Assembly: GCA_964291675.2 (NCBI GenBank)
Contig: OZ219865.1
Location: 768,001 to 832,000 of the forward strand
Origin: Alphaproteobacteria bacterium
GTDB lineage: Bacteria; Pseudomonadota; Alphaproteobacteria; MPNO01
Direction: 5' to 3'
DNA length: 64,000 bases
This document shows positions 20,408 through 33,241 of this stretch, one piece after another; positions within the stretch are counted from its first letter, which is position 1; every line of letters starts with the position of its first letter. The notes below the pieces were generated by a model. It was not told the origin of the DNA. It searched no databases and worked only from the letters and a program-made list of their open reading frames with translations. Made by a program: the position numbers and the translations under genes.

Positions 20408-20530
20408 CCTTCTTCCGTCTCCGAGGCGGGCCAGACCATAGCCCGGGGCCCGCGCCCGTCCAACTCCGGGGGTCGCGCCGCACGTCGTTCTGACTTAGTG
20501 TGCGGCCGCCTCCATGAACGGGGAAAGTGG

Positions 20531-21808
<1,278 letters not shown>

Positions 21809-21835
21809 GCCGGCCGGGTCAAGGAAGGAGAACCG

Positions 21836-22834
21836 ATGAAGCTCGATGTCTTCAACCACGTCTTCCCCGAAATCTTCATCGAGACGCTGGAAGAGACCAT
21901 GCCCAGGCGCGCGGTCGCCCGCTGGCGCTCCATCGAGACGCTGTGGAACATGGACGCCAGGCTCAGGCTGCTCGACGAGTTCGGCGACTACCGGCAGATC
22001 GTCTCGATGTCGCAGCCGCCGATCGACGTGCTCGGCGGCCCCGACCGGACACCGGCGCTCGCGCGCATCGCCAATGACGGCATGGCGGCGATCTGCCGCG
22101 CCCATCCGGACCGCTTCCCGAGCTTCCTGCTGAGCCTGCCGATGAACAACCCCGACGCGGCGGTGAAGGAAGTCGACCGCGCGGTGACCGAGCTCGGCGC
22201 CTGCGCAGCCCAAATCCATTCCAACGTCAACGGGCGGGCGCTCGACGATCCCGCCTTCTTCCCGGTGTTCGAACGCCTGGAGCGGCTCGGCAAGCCGGTC
22301 TTCCTGCATCCCGCGCGGCCGATGTCGCACGCCGACTACGAGTCCGAGGAGGAGTCCAGATACGAGATCTTCTGGGGGCTCGGCTGGGCCTACGAGACCT
22401 CGGCGGCGATGGCGCGTATCGTGTTCTCCGGCATGTTCGACAAGCTCCCGAATCTCAAGGTGCTGGCGCATCACTGGGGCGCCTACATCCCCCACGCCGA
22501 AGGGCGTCTGCCGCACTGGGAGGGCCGGTCGTCGCAATCCGACCGGACCGATTACGGCCCGCTCAAGGACAGTTTGAAGCGCCCGGCGACCGAGTACTTC
22601 AAGATGTTCTACGCCGACACCGCGATGTTCGGCGCCCAGGCGGCGAGCCAGTGCGGGCTCGAATTCTTCGGCGCGGACCATTCGCTGTTCGCGTCCGACT
22701 GCCCGTTCGACGCGGAGGGCGGGCGCATCCTGATCCGCGACACCATCGCGGTAATGGACAGCCTGCGCTGCACCGAGCAAGAGCGCGAGGACATGTATCT
22801 CAACAACGCCCGCGCCTTTCTCGGGCTGGAATAG
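21836..22834 (+). CDS. Amidohydrolase_2 family protein (ACMSD-like)
   Basis: DVFNH, FLHP, GWAYET, HHWG, FASDCPF. Confidence 0.88.
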   Translation: MKLDVFNHVFPEIFIETLEETMPRRAVARWRSIETLWNMDARLRLLDEFGDYRQIVSMSQPPIDVLGGPDRTPALARIANDGMAAICRAHPDRFPSFLLSLPMNNPDAAVKEVDRAVTELGACAAQIHSNVNGRALDDPAFFPVFERLERLGKPVFLHPARPMSHADYESEEESRYEIFWGLGWAYETSAAMARIVFSGMFDKLPNLKVLAHHWGAYIPHAEGRLPHWEGRSSQSDRTDYGPLKDSLKRPATEYFKMFYADTAMFGAQAASQCGLEFFGADHSLFASDCPFDAEGGRILIRDTIAVMDSLRCTEQEREDMYLNNARAFLGLE

Positions 22835-22840
22835 CCCGCG

Positions 22841-24085
22841 GTGAGCCCGCCCCGCGACGTCATCGTCCTCGGCAGCGGCATCGTCGGGCTCTGCTCGGCG
22901 CTGTGCCTTCAGCGCGACGGGCACCGGGTGACCCTGATCGACCGGCTACCGCCGGGCGAGGGAACGTCCTACGGCAATGCCGGGCTGATCCAGGTCGACG
23001 CCGTCCTGCCGATCGCCACGCCCGGCATCCTGCGTCAGGTGCCGCGGATGCTGACCGACCCGGAGGGCCCGCTGGTGGTCCGCTGGCGCTACCTCCCGCG
23101 GCTCGCGCCCTGGCTGCTGCGTTTCGTCGCCGCGTCGCGGCCGGGCCGGGTAGAGTCGATCTCGGCCGCGCTCGCCGCCCTTCTCGCCCGCGCGCATGAG
23201 AGCTACCGCCCGCTGCTCGCGGCAGCCGACGCCGAGGATTTGTTCTCGCCGACCGGCGAGCTGTTCGTCTATCGCAACCCGGCGGCCTACGAAGCGGCGA
23301 AGCCCGACCACGACTACCGGCGCCGGTTCGGCATAACCCTGGAGGATCTGGGCCCCGCCGAGATGCGCCAGCTCGAACCGGCGCTCGGCCCCGACGTGCG
23401 GCACGGCGTGTTCTCGCCCGACTGCCTGCGCGTCGCCGACCCGCTGACCCTGTCGCAACGCCTGGCGGACGCCATCGCGCGCGGCGGCGGAACCATCCTG
23501 CGCGAGACCGTGACCGACATCGAGCGCGGGGCGGGCGGCCCGGCCGCGGTCGTCACCGACCGGGGCCGCCACGACGTGGACCGGCTGGTGATCGCCATGG
23601 GCGCGTTCTCGAAACGCTGGACGGCGAAGCTCGGCGTCCGCGTGCCGCTCGACACCGAGCGCGGCTACCACCTGATGCTGCCGAGGCCCGGTGTCGAGCT
23701 GCGCACCCCGTTGCTGGTCGGCGACCACCGCTTCGGGATCGTCCCGATGACCCACGGCGTCCGGCTCGCCGGCACCGCCGAGCTCGCGAGCCTCGATGCG
23801 CCGCCCGACTACCGGCGCTCGCGCATGCTGGGCCGGATGGCCCAAAAGATCGTCCCCGACCTCGTACTCGACGGCGCCGAGGAATGGATGGGCTACCGCC
23901 CCTCGATGCCGGACAGCCTGCCGGTGATCGGCCCGGCGCCGGGCTGCGACCGCGCTTTCCTGGCCTACGGCCACGGCCATCTCGGCCTGACGCTGGGCGC
24001 GGTCACCGGACGCCTTGTCGCCGACCTCGTCGCCGGCCGCGACGGCGGGATCGACCCCACCCCCTACCAGGCCGACCGGTTCTGA
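22841..24085 (+). CDS. FAD-dependent D-amino acid dehydrogenase family
   Basis: GSGIVG, GTSYGNAG, ERGYH, WMGYRP, GHGHLGLT. Confidence 0.9.
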   Translation: MSPPRDVIVLGSGIVGLCSALCLQRDGHRVTLIDRLPPGEGTSYGNAGLIQVDAVLPIATPGILRQVPRMLTDPEGPLVVRWRYLPRLAPWLLRFVAASRPGRVESISAALAALLARAHESYRPLLAAADAEDLFSPTGELFVYRNPAAYEAAKPDHDYRRRFGITLEDLGPAEMRQLEPALGPDVRHGVFSPDCLRVADPLTLSQRLADAIARGGGTILRETVTDIERGAGGPAAVVTDRGRHDVDRLVIAMGAFSKRWTAKLGVRVPLDTERGYHLMLPRPGVELRTPLLVGDHRFGIVPMTHGVRLAGTAELASLDAPPDYRRSRMLGRMAQKIVPDLVLDGAEEWMGYRPSMPDSLPVIGPAPGCDRAFLAYGHGHLGLTLGAVTGRLVADLVAGRDGGIDPTPYQADRF

Positions 24086-24095
24086 CCCGGAAAGC

Positions 24096-24842
24096 TCACG
24101 CGAAGCTGGCGCCGCCGTTGACGTTCATGATTTCGCCGGTGATGTAGCTCGCCCGGTCGGAGATCAGGAAGCGGGCGGCGTCGGCGATCTCCTCGGCCCG
24201 GCCCATCCGGCCGAGCGCGGCCGCGCTGCCGACATTGGCGCGGGCGTCCTCGGTATAGCCGGCCGTCATCGCGGTCTCCGTCGCGCCGGGGGCGATGGCG
24301 TTGACCCGGATCCCGTCGCCGCCGAGCGAGCGGGCGAGCGAGCGGGTGAGCGCGACGATCGCCGCCTTGGAGCTCGCATAGGCCGGCCCGCCCCTTCCGG
24401 CGCCGCCCACCCCGCCGATATGCACGATCCCCGACGTGGTGAGCACGATCGCCCCCCCGCCCCCGGCAATCATCGGCCTGGCGGCGGCCTGCGACATCAG
24501 GAACGAGCCGGTGACGTTGACCGCGAGCTCGCGGTTGAACTCATCGGCGTCGAGCTCGGACCAGGGCGTCGTCGAATGGATCGCGGCGAAGTGGACCATC
24601 GCGTCGAGCCCGCCGAACCGGTCGACGGCGGCGGCGACCGCTGCTTCGCAGTCCGCCGGCTGGGAGACATCGCCGGCGAAGGGGACGAGGGAATTTCCCG
24701 CCCCGGGATGCGCGGCCTCCAGCGCCTCGACGCCGAGATCGAGCGCCAGCACGAGATGCCCCTCGGCGGCGAGGTCGCGCGCGCAGGCCTGTCCGATACC
24801 GCTCGCGGCGCCGGTGACGATCACGTTCTTCGGTTCGCTCAT
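24096..24842 (-). CDS. Short-chain dehydrogenase/reductase
   Basis: TGAASGIG, YASSK, RVNAIAPG. Confidence 0.92.
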   Translation of the reverse strand: MSEPKNVIVTGAASGIGQACARDLAAEGHLVLALDLGVEALEAAHPGAGNSLVPFAGDVSQPADCEAAVAAAVDRFGGLDAMVHFAAIHSTTPWSELDADEFNRELAVNVTGSFLMSQAAARPMIAGGGGAIVLTTSGIVHIGGVGGAGRGGPAYASSKAAIVALTRSLARSLGGDGIRVNAIAPGATETAMTAGYTEDARANVGSAAALGRMGRAEEIADAARFLISDRASYITGEIMNVNGGASFA

Positions 24843-24853
24843 CGCGACCCTCC

Positions 24854-26242
24854 TTACTGAACCAGCGATGCGGCCCTGCGCTCGGCCGCCGCCGCGGCCT
24901 CGCCGTCGCCCAGGGCGGCGAGGACGCGTGCGTAGTGCCGCAGCGCGATCGGGCTGTTCGGCCTTTCCTCGCATCTCTCGGCGAGCAGCGAGCAGGCCAG
25001 CCGTTCGCGGCCCGCCCGTTCGGCGGCGTGGATCAGCATGCGGCGGAACATGTCGCGCTGCGCGTGGCTGCCGCCGACCGACCGGATTCCGCGGCGCCGC
25101 GGATAGAGCAGGTCGACCGCACCCCGCCAGTCGTCGGCCTTCGCCGCCGCCGCGGCGCGGCAGAGCGCGAGGCCGTGCTCTGCCATCACCCCCGACTGGC
25201 TCTGCTGGGCGTCCTGCGCGAACGCCTCGGCGGCCGCGATCAGCGCATCGAGCGCTTCGCTCCGCCCGGCCGCCGCGAAGGCCATCGCGTAGTGCGCGTC
25301 GGCGAAGACGAGCTGCAGGTCCGCCGCCCGCTCGGCCGCGGCATCGGCCACGCGCTCCCACCGCTCGCCCACATCGACGCCCTCCTCCTCGAGGCGCCAC
25401 AGCAGCGACACCGCATTGCAGATATCGAGATATTCGAAGGCGTCCTCGGGCACCACCTCGCGGTCGTAGAGTTCGAGCACGGCGTCGAACCGGCCGAGCT
25501 CGAAATGGAACAGCGCGCGATGCCACCAGAGATGGTTGACGACCGCGTTGCAGCCGGCGAAACCGTCCGCGCGGCCGTCGATCCAGGCGATCCCCTCGTC
25601 CTGCCGCCCGGTCATCTCCATGACATGCGCCACGGCGTGCGTGGCCCAGAGGTCGGCGCCGTCCAGCTCGACCGCGCGGCGACCGCGGCGCTCCGCCTCC
25701 CCGTAGGCGCCGCATTCCTCCAGCGCGAAGGCCGACATGCCGAGCACCTTGCCGCAATCCGGCACCGATTCGTCCCATTGGGGCGCGACGCGGGCCTGAA
25801 TCTCGCGCATGCCCCAACAGTCCCCGAGATAGAAGTTCCAGTATTCCGAGAGCTTGAGCGCGAGCACGTCGCGCGGCCACTCGGTCAGGATTTCGTCCCA
25901 CGCCGCCAGCGCTCGCCTCTGGTCGCCGGCGGACCAGGCCGCGAGGGCGTGGATGTGCATCTCCTCGCGCCGGTTGCAGCCGCCCTCGCCCGCCGCCGCG
26001 CGCGCGGCCTCCAGCGAGGATTGCGCGCGCCCGAGCAGCCTGCGGCTCGCGAACAGCAGCATGAAATAGCCGCGCAGCACATGCGCGAGAACGAAGCCCG
26101 GGTCGGCGTCCAGCGTCGCCTTCAAGTGGTCGCCGGTATCGGCTCTCAGGCCGAGATAGGCGCCGACCGTGCGGTCGAATCCCGCCACCGCCGCCTCGTT
26201 CGCGGCCGTGATGTCGAGCCCCCTGCAATCCGTCCTGCCCAC
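24854..26242 (-). CDS. TTC38-like tetratricopeptide repeat protein
   Basis: AFALEECG, DLWATHAVAHVMEM, HLWWH, GGSHAQRD; GTG start assumed. Confidence 0.85.
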   Translation of the reverse strand: MGRTDCRGLDITAANEAAVAGFDRTVGAYLGLRADTGDHLKATLDADPGFVLAHVLRGYFMLLFASRRLLGRAQSSLEAARAAAGEGGCNRREEMHIHALAAWSAGDQRRALAAWDEILTEWPRDVLALKLSEYWNFYLGDCWGMREIQARVAPQWDESVPDCGKVLGMSAFALEECGAYGEAERRGRRAVELDGADLWATHAVAHVMEMTGRQDEGIAWIDGRADGFAGCNAVVNHLWWHRALFHFELGRFDAVLELYDREVVPEDAFEYLDICNAVSLLWRLEEEGVDVGERWERVADAAAERAADLQLVFADAHYAMAFAAAGRSEALDALIAAAEAFAQDAQQSQSGVMAEHGLALCRAAAAAKADDWRGAVDLLYPRRRGIRSVGGSHAQRDMFRRMLIHAAERAGRERLACSLLAERCEERPNSPIALRHYARVLAALGDGEAAAAAERRAASLVQ

Positions 26243-26352
26243 CTCGCCCTCCCCTGCGCGGGCGCAGGCTATCACGGCGCGGGACGGACAGAAATGCGGC
26301 GGAGGTCCGTGGCATTCACTATGCTGACGGGAGCCAGGGAAAGGATCGAGCC

Positions 26353-27693
26353 ATGGACGGCGGGTTGAGCCCGGAACAGGTCGGCTTGCAGGCGCGCGCG
26401 CGGGCGCTGGCGGAAGGCCACGTCGCGGGCCGCGCGGCCGAGATCGACGAGACCCGCGACTACCCCTGGGACACGGTCGAGCGGCTGAAGCAGGCCGGCT
26501 TCATGGGGATGACGGTGCCGGAGCCGCTCGGCGGCCAGGGTCTCGGCTTCCTGGAGGCCTCGCTGGCGATCGAAGAATTCGCCAAAGTCTGCGCGGTGAC
26601 CGGGCGCATCGTCGTCGAGTCCAATATGGGCGCGATCTCCGCCGTCATGGCCTACGGAACCGAGGCGCAGAAGCGGCAATGGGCGGACGGCGTGCTCGGC
26701 GGCGACAAGCCGGCGATCTGCATCACCGAGCCCGAGGCCGGCAGCGCGGCGTCCGAGCTGACCACGCGCGCGGACCGACGGGGCGGCGAGTTCGTCGTCA
26801 ACGGCCGCAAGCACTGGATCACCGGCGGCGGCGTCTCGCGCCTGCACCTGGTCTTCGCCCGGGTGTTCGACGAGCGCGGCGAGGAAGAGGGAATCGCGGG
26901 GTTCGTCGCGACCCGCGACGAGACGCCCGGCCTGGTCGTCGGCGTGCGCGAACGCACGATGGGCCTGCGCGGCATTCCCGAGACCGAGATCCTGTTCGAG
27001 GACATGGTGGTGCCGCAGTCGGCCATGGTGGTCCCGCCGCGGGGCTTGCGCAAGGGATTCGCCGACCTGATGAACGCCTATAACAGCCAGCGCGTCGGCG
27101 CCGCGACGGTGGCGCTCGGCGTCGCCGCCGGGGCCTTCGACCACGCGCTGGACTACGCCAAGACGCGCGAGCAGTTCGGCCGGCCGATCTGCGAGTTCCA
27201 GGGCCTGCAATGGATGCTGGCCGACATGTCGATCGAGATCGAGGCGGCGCGGGCGATGATCCGCCGGGCCGCGCTGTCGGCGGGGGACGGCTTTCCCGAC
27301 ATGCTGATGGCCGCCCAGGCCAAGGTGCTGGCGAGCGAGATGGCGATCCGCGTGACCAACGACGCGCTGCAGGTCTTCGGCGCCGCCGGCTACTCCCAGT
27401 CGCGCCCGCTGGAGCGCATGGTCCGCGATGCGCGGATGTTCGCGATCGGCGGCGGCACCGCGCAGATCCTGAGAACCTTGGTCGCCGGCAGGCTGCTCGA
27501 ACGCAGGCTGCCGCAGACCCGCGACGGCTATGCCCGGACGGAGGCCGAGACCGGCGGCAAGACGGCAAAGCGACAGGCGCGGGAGGCCCAGGCGCTGCGC
27601 CAGAACCTCAAGCGGCGGAAGGCGCAGGGCCGGGCGCGCGACGCCGCCGACGCGGATCGCGGCGCCGGCGCAGGCGTCGTCGAAACGCCCTGA
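26353..27693 (+). CDS. acdA: 3-sulfinopropanoyl-CoA desulfinase (acyl-CoA dehydrogenase fold) with basic C-terminal extension
   Basis: GDKPAICITEP, WITGGGVS.LH, MNAYNSQRVGA and terminal LPQTRDGY typical of AcdA. Confidence 0.85.
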   Translation: MDGGLSPEQVGLQARARALAEGHVAGRAAEIDETRDYPWDTVERLKQAGFMGMTVPEPLGGQGLGFLEASLAIEEFAKVCAVTGRIVVESNMGAISAVMAYGTEAQKRQWADGVLGGDKPAICITEPEAGSAASELTTRADRRGGEFVVNGRKHWITGGGVSRLHLVFARVFDERGEEEGIAGFVATRDETPGLVVGVRERTMGLRGIPETEILFEDMVVPQSAMVVPPRGLRKGFADLMNAYNSQRVGAATVALGVAAGAFDHALDYAKTREQFGRPICEFQGLQWMLADMSIEIEAARAMIRRAALSAGDGFPDMLMAAQAKVLASEMAIRVTNDALQVFGAAGYSQSRPLERMVRDARMFAIGGGTAQILRTLVAGRLLERRLPQTRDGYARTEAETGGKTAKRQAREAQALRQNLKRRKAQGRARDAADADRGAGAGVVETP

Positions 27694-27778
27694 CAACCGG
27701 TTGTGGAAATCGGCATCGCGGGCGGCTATACATCCGCCCTGCATGCCCGGACCCTTACTCGTTCCCGTCCGATAGTCG

Positions 27779-29046
<1,268 letters not shown>

Positions 29047-29050
<4 letters not shown>

Positions 29051-29481
29051 CGCGCAAGCTCGCCCTCATCGCGCGCGACCCCGAAGACCTCGAAGTGGTC
29101 TCCTCGCTGCTCCAGGATGCGATCGTGCAGGTCGGCGAAATGACCTATGTCCGGGACGAGGGCCGGTTCGTGCTGATCGCGAGCCGCTTCCGCCGCGACC
29201 CGGAGACCGGCGAGGCCGCATCTCCGCCCGGCGTCTTCGAGAGGGTGAGCTGCGCGCTCCGCTTCGACCGGGTGAGCGCGGTGAAGCGGCGCAACCTGGA
29301 CCCCGCCCGGCTGTCCCGCGTGCTGTCCCTGCTCGCCATCCGCTGCGAGGAAGGGTATATCGACCTCGTCTTCTCCGGCGACCATGCGGTCCGGCTGGTC
29401 ACTGACGAGATCGCATGCCGGATCGACGACCTGGATTTGGGGTGGCCGACACGGTTGAAGCCGGATCACCCGGAGAGCTGA
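29047..29481 (+). CDS. DUF2948 family protein
   Basis: L.ARD.EDL.V.S.LLQDA, terminal W.T..KP.H; canonical position after murA. Confidence 0.85.
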
Positions 29482-29493
29482 GGCGGGGCTGAA

Positions 29494-30156
29494 GTGGATT
29501 CGAGCAAGGCACTGGTGCTGGCGCTGCCGCGCGGGCGCATTCTCGCCGAGGTGATGCCGCTGCTCTCGCGCGCCGGCATCGTGCCGGATGGCGGTTTCGA
29601 CGAGAAGGACGAGCGCGCCCTCCAGTTCCCCACCAATATCGAGAACTTCTCCATCATCCGGGTGCGCAGCTTCGACGTCGCCACCTTCGTCGCCTTCGGC
29701 GCGGCCCATCTCGGCATCGCCGGCAACGACGTGCTCATGGAGTTCGACTACCCGGAGATCTACGCGCCGCTCGACCTCGGGGTCGGCAGGTGCCGGATGG
29801 CGGTCGCCGCGACGCCGGAGCTGCTGGAGACCGAGAAGCCCGAACGCTGGAGCCACGTGCGCGTCGCCACCAAGTACCCCGCGATCACCAAGCGGCATTT
29901 CGCCGCGCGCAACGTTCAGGCGGAATGCATCAAGCTCAACGGCGCGCTGGAGCTCGCGCCCCGGCTCGGGCTGTGCCGCCGGGTGGTCGACCTGGTCTCG
30001 ACCGGCGCCACGCTTCGCGCCAACGGGCTGGTCGAGGTGGAGACCATCGCGCATATCACCTCGCGGCTCGCGGTCAACCGGGCGGCGCTGAAGACCCGGT
30101 CGGAAGAGATCAACCTCTGGATCGACCGTTTCCGGGACGCCCTCGATGCCGGCTAG
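29494..30156 (+). CDS. hisG: ATP phosphoribosyltransferase, short form
   Basis: ALPRGR, VRSFDV, VATKYP, KLNGALELAP, DLVSTGATLRANGL. Confidence 0.96.
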   Translation: MDSSKALVLALPRGRILAEVMPLLSRAGIVPDGGFDEKDERALQFPTNIENFSIIRVRSFDVATFVAFGAAHLGIAGNDVLMEFDYPEIYAPLDLGVGRCRMAVAATPELLETEKPERWSHVRVATKYPAITKRHFAARNVQAECIKLNGALELAPRLGLCRRVVDLVSTGATLRANGLVEVETIAHITSRLAVNRAALKTRSEEINLWIDRFRDALDAG

Positions 30157-30343
30157 CCCGCATTTCCCACCCCTGTCTTGGCCTGCGCGGCGCTGTCCGG
30201 CCGACAGGGCAGGAGAGGCGTGCGGCGCGATGCGGGGACATCGGGCAAGCGCGTCTGCGCACCCTGTCGGCCGGACAGCGCCGCCCGAAGGGTCGCGCCC
30301 GGGCGCGACGCAGGCCGTGACAGGGGTGAGAAATGCCGGCTAG
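30153..30343. mobile_element. MITE-like element between hisG and hisD
   Basis: Ends CTAGCCCGCATTTCCCACCCCTGTC and GACAGGGGTGAGAAATGCCGGCTAG are inverted repeats (23/25); internal IR GCGGCGCTGTCCGGCCGACAGGG / CCCTGTCGGCCGGACAGCGCCGC; CTAG at both ends. Confidence 0.8.
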
Positions 30344-31640
30344 GCTGGACAGCGCGCATCCCGGGTTCCGGGACGCCTTCGAGGCGCTGCTCGCGCGGCC
30401 CCCGGAGACCCAGGCGGAGGTGGCCCGGGAGGTCGCGCGCATCGTCGCCGAGATACGCGAGGAAGGCGATGGCGCGCTGCTGCGCCACACCGCCGCGCTG
30501 GACGGTTTTCAGGCGGACAGCGTCGCGGCGCTGCTGGTGCCGGAGGACGAGATCGCCGCGGCGCGCGGCGCCTGCGGGGCGGAACTGATCGGCGCCCTGG
30601 AAGCAGCCGAGGCGCGCATCGCCGCCTTCCACGCCCGCCAGATGCCGGAGCCGCTGTCCTATGTCGACGACGCCGGGGTGCGCCTCGGGCAGCGCTGGAC
30701 GCCGCTCGACGCGGTCGGGATCTACGTGCCGGGCGGCACCGCGTCCTACCCGAGCTCGGTGCTGATGAACGCCGTTCCGGCCCGCATCGCGGGCGTCGGG
30801 CGCATCGCGATGGCGGTCCCGGCGCCGGGCGGGTGCGTCGCGGCCCCGGTGCTGGCCGCCGCGGCGATCGCCGGGGTGAGCGAGATCTGGCGCATCGGCG
30901 GCGCGCAGGCCGTCGCCGCGCTCGCCTGGGGCACCGCGACCATCCGCCCGGTCGACAAGATCGCCGGGCCCGGCAATGCCTGGGTGGCGGAGGCCAAGCG
31001 CCAGGTGTTCGGCAAGGTGGGCATAGACCTGATCGCGGGGCCGTCGGAGATCCTCGTCGTCGCCGATGCCGCCAACGACCCGGCCTGGATCGCCGCCGAT
31101 CTGCTGTCGCAGGCGGAACACGACCCGGTGGCGCAGCCCGTACTGATCGCCGACGATGGCGGGTTCGCCGACCGGGTCGTCGCGGCGGCCGAGGCGCATC
31201 TCGCGGCACTGCCGCGCGCCGATATCGCGCGCGCGAGCTGGGAGGATCGCGGCGCGGTCATCGTCGTCGGCTCGCTCGACGAGGCGCCGGCGCTGATCGA
31301 CCGCATCGCGCCGGAACATCTGGAGCTCGCGATCGCCGATCCCGACCGCCTTGCCAGGCGGGTGCGCCATGCGGGCGCGATCTTCCTCGGACGCCACACC
31401 CCGGAGGCGATCGGCGACTACGTGGCGGGGCCCAACCACGTGCTCCCGACCGCCGGCAGCGCGCGCTTCGCCTCGGGGCTCGGCGTGCTCGACTTCATGA
31501 AGCGGACATCCATCGTGGGCTGCGACGAAGCCGCCTTCGCGGCGATCGCCCCGGCCGCGGTCTGCCTCGCCCGCGCCGAGGGGCTCGACGCGCATGCCCT
31601 GTCGCTGACCATCCGGACCAATTATCCGACAGATTGTTGA
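30333..31640 (+). CDS. hisD: Histidinol dehydrogenase
   Basis: [49 protein letters not shown]. Confidence 0.97.
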   Translation: MPARLDSAHPGFRDAFEALLARPPETQAEVAREVARIVAEIREEGDGALLRHTAALDGFQADSVAALLVPEDEIAAARGACGAELIGALEAAEARIAAFHARQMPEPLSYVDDAGVRLGQRWTPLDAVGIYVPGGTASYPSSVLMNAVPARIAGVGRIAMAVPAPGGCVAAPVLAAAAIAGVSEIWRIGGAQAVAALAWGTATIRPVDKIAGPGNAWVAEAKRQVFGKVGIDLIAGPSEILVVADAANDPAWIAADLLSQAEHDPVAQPVLIADDGGFADRVVAAAEAHLAALPRADIARASWEDRGAVIVVGSLDEAPALIDRIAPEHLELAIADPDRLARRVRHAGAIFLGRHTPEAIGDYVAGPNHVLPTAGSARFASGLGVLDFMKRTSIVGCDEAAFAAIAPAAVCLARAEGLDAHALSLTIRTNYPTDC

Positions 31641-31643
31641 AAG

Positions 31644-32123
31644 ATGGCCCCCGCCCAGGAACGACGGCTGATCGATATCGTCCTCGACGACGGGCCGGTG
31701 ATTCGCCGCAGCGCCGAGGTCGAGCACGAGCGCCAGGTCGCGGTGTTCGACCTCCTCGAAGCCAACGACTTCGCCCTCGTCGACGGGCCGCCCGGCCCCT
31801 ACGCCCTGACCATCGGGATCGAGGAGAACCGACTGGTCTTCGACATCCGCGACGAGGCCGGCGTGCAGCTCGCCAGGATACGGCTGTCGCTGGCGCCGTT
31901 CCGCGGCGTCGTGCGCGACTACTTCACCCTGTGCGAGGCCTATTACGAGGCGATCAAGACGGCGAGCCTGGCGCGTATCGAGGCCATCGACATGGGACGG
32001 CGGGGGCTGCACGACGAGGGGGCGGAGCTGCTCCGGGAACGGCTCGCGGAATCGGTCGACATCGATGCCGACACCGCCCGCCGGCTGTTCACCCTGGTCT
32101 GCGTCCTGCATGTCAGGGGCTGA
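31644..32123 (+). CDS. UPF0262 family protein
   Basis: VEHERQVAVFDLLE.N.F, IEAIDMGRRGLH.EG, TARRLFTL. Confidence 0.92.
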   Translation: MAPAQERRLIDIVLDDGPVIRRSAEVEHERQVAVFDLLEANDFALVDGPPGPYALTIGIEENRLVFDIRDEAGVQLARIRLSLAPFRGVVRDYFTLCEAYYEAIKTASLARIEAIDMGRRGLHDEGAELLRERLAESVDIDADTARRLFTLVCVLHVRG

Positions 32124-32152
32124 GAGATGCGCCCGCGACCCGTCCCGGGACC

Positions 32153-32587
32153 ATGATCGGCAGCGTGCTGTTCGCGTGCAGCGAGAACGCGCTGCGCTCG
32201 CCCATGGCCGAGGCCATCGCAAAACATCATTTCGGCTCCCGGATCTACGTCGATTCGGTGGGCGTGCGCGAGGGCGAGATCGACCCCTTCGCGGTCGAGG
32301 TGCTGGCGGAGATCGGGATCGACGCCTCGCGCCATGTCGCCAAGCGCATGGACGACCTCCTGGACACCTCGTTCGACCTGATCGTCTCGCTGTCGCCCGA
32401 GGCGCATCACCGCTCCATCGAGCTCACCCGGACCTCGGCCGCCGAGGTTGAGTACTGGAACACCGTCGACCCCTCGCTGGTCGACGGCAACCGGGAGACG
32501 CGTCTGGACGCCTATCGCGCGCTCCGCGACTGGCTGACCCGACGGATCCGCGAACGGCTCGCGCGCGACGACGATCCGTTGCCCTGA
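32153..32587 (+). CDS. Low-molecular-weight phosphatase / ArsC-like protein
   Basis: VLFACSENALRSPMAE (CX5R); canonical synteny. Confidence 0.88.
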   Translation: MIGSVLFACSENALRSPMAEAIAKHHFGSRIYVDSVGVREGEIDPFAVEVLAEIGIDASRHVAKRMDDLLDTSFDLIVSLSPEAHHRSIELTRTSAAEVEYWNTVDPSLVDGNRETRLDAYRALRDWLTRRIRERLARDDDPLP

Positions 32588-32606
32588 CCGCGCACGGGCA
32601 TTTTGC

Positions 32607-32635
32607 TTGACCCCCGCACGGCCAGCCCGCATGAC
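32607..32635 (+). promoter_or_regulatory. Putative sigma70 promoter upstream of maf
   Basis: TTGACC-17 nt-CATGAC, ending 8 nt before the maf ATG. Confidence 0.35.
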
Positions 32636-32643
32636 GGTCGCCG

Positions 32644-33237
32644 ATGGCCGGCATCGAACCGAAGTTGATCCTCGCCTCCGCCTCGCCGCGGCGTCTCGCG
32701 CTTCTGCGCCAGGCGGGGTACGAGCCGGACTCGGTGCTGGCGGCCGAGATCGACGAGACGGCGCGGCCGGGCGAGCTGCCGCGCGCCCTGGCGGCGCGGC
32801 TGGCGGCGGAAAAGGCGCGCGCCGTGGCGCGGCGCCGCCCGGACGCATGGGTTCTCGCGGCCGACACCGTCGTCGCCTGCGGCCGCCGCATCCTGCCCAA
32901 GCCGGCGACCGAGGACGAATCCCGGGACTGCCTCGCCCTCCTGTCGGGGCGCCGCCACAAGGTGTTCGGCGGCGTCCACGTCATCGACCCGGCGGGGCGC
33001 GAGCGCACGCGGAGCGTCGTGACCACGGTCGCCTTCAAGCGCCTCGCGGCCGGCGAGATCGCGGCCTATGCGGCGGGCGGGGAGTGGCGGGACAAGGCCG
33101 GCGGCTATGCCATCCAGGGACGGGCCGGCGCCTTCGTGCGATCCCTGAACGGTTCCTATTTCAATGTCGTCGGCCTACCCTTGTACGAGACGGCGAGCCT
33201 GCTGGAAGGGCTCGGGCTGCGCCGTCCGGAGGGGTGA
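32644..33237 (+). CDS. maf: Maf nucleotide pyrophosphatase
   Basis: LILASASPRR, ADTVV, DKAGGYAIQG, NVVGLP. Confidence 0.95.
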   Translation: MAGIEPKLILASASPRRLALLRQAGYEPDSVLAAEIDETARPGELPRALAARLAAEKARAVARRRPDAWVLAADTVVACGRRILPKPATEDESRDCLALLSGRRHKVFGGVHVIDPAGRERTRSVVTTVAFKRLAAGEIAAYAAGGEWRDKAGGYAIQGRAGAFVRSLNGSYFNVVGLPLYETASLLEGLGLRRPEG

Positions 33238-33241
33238 CGCG

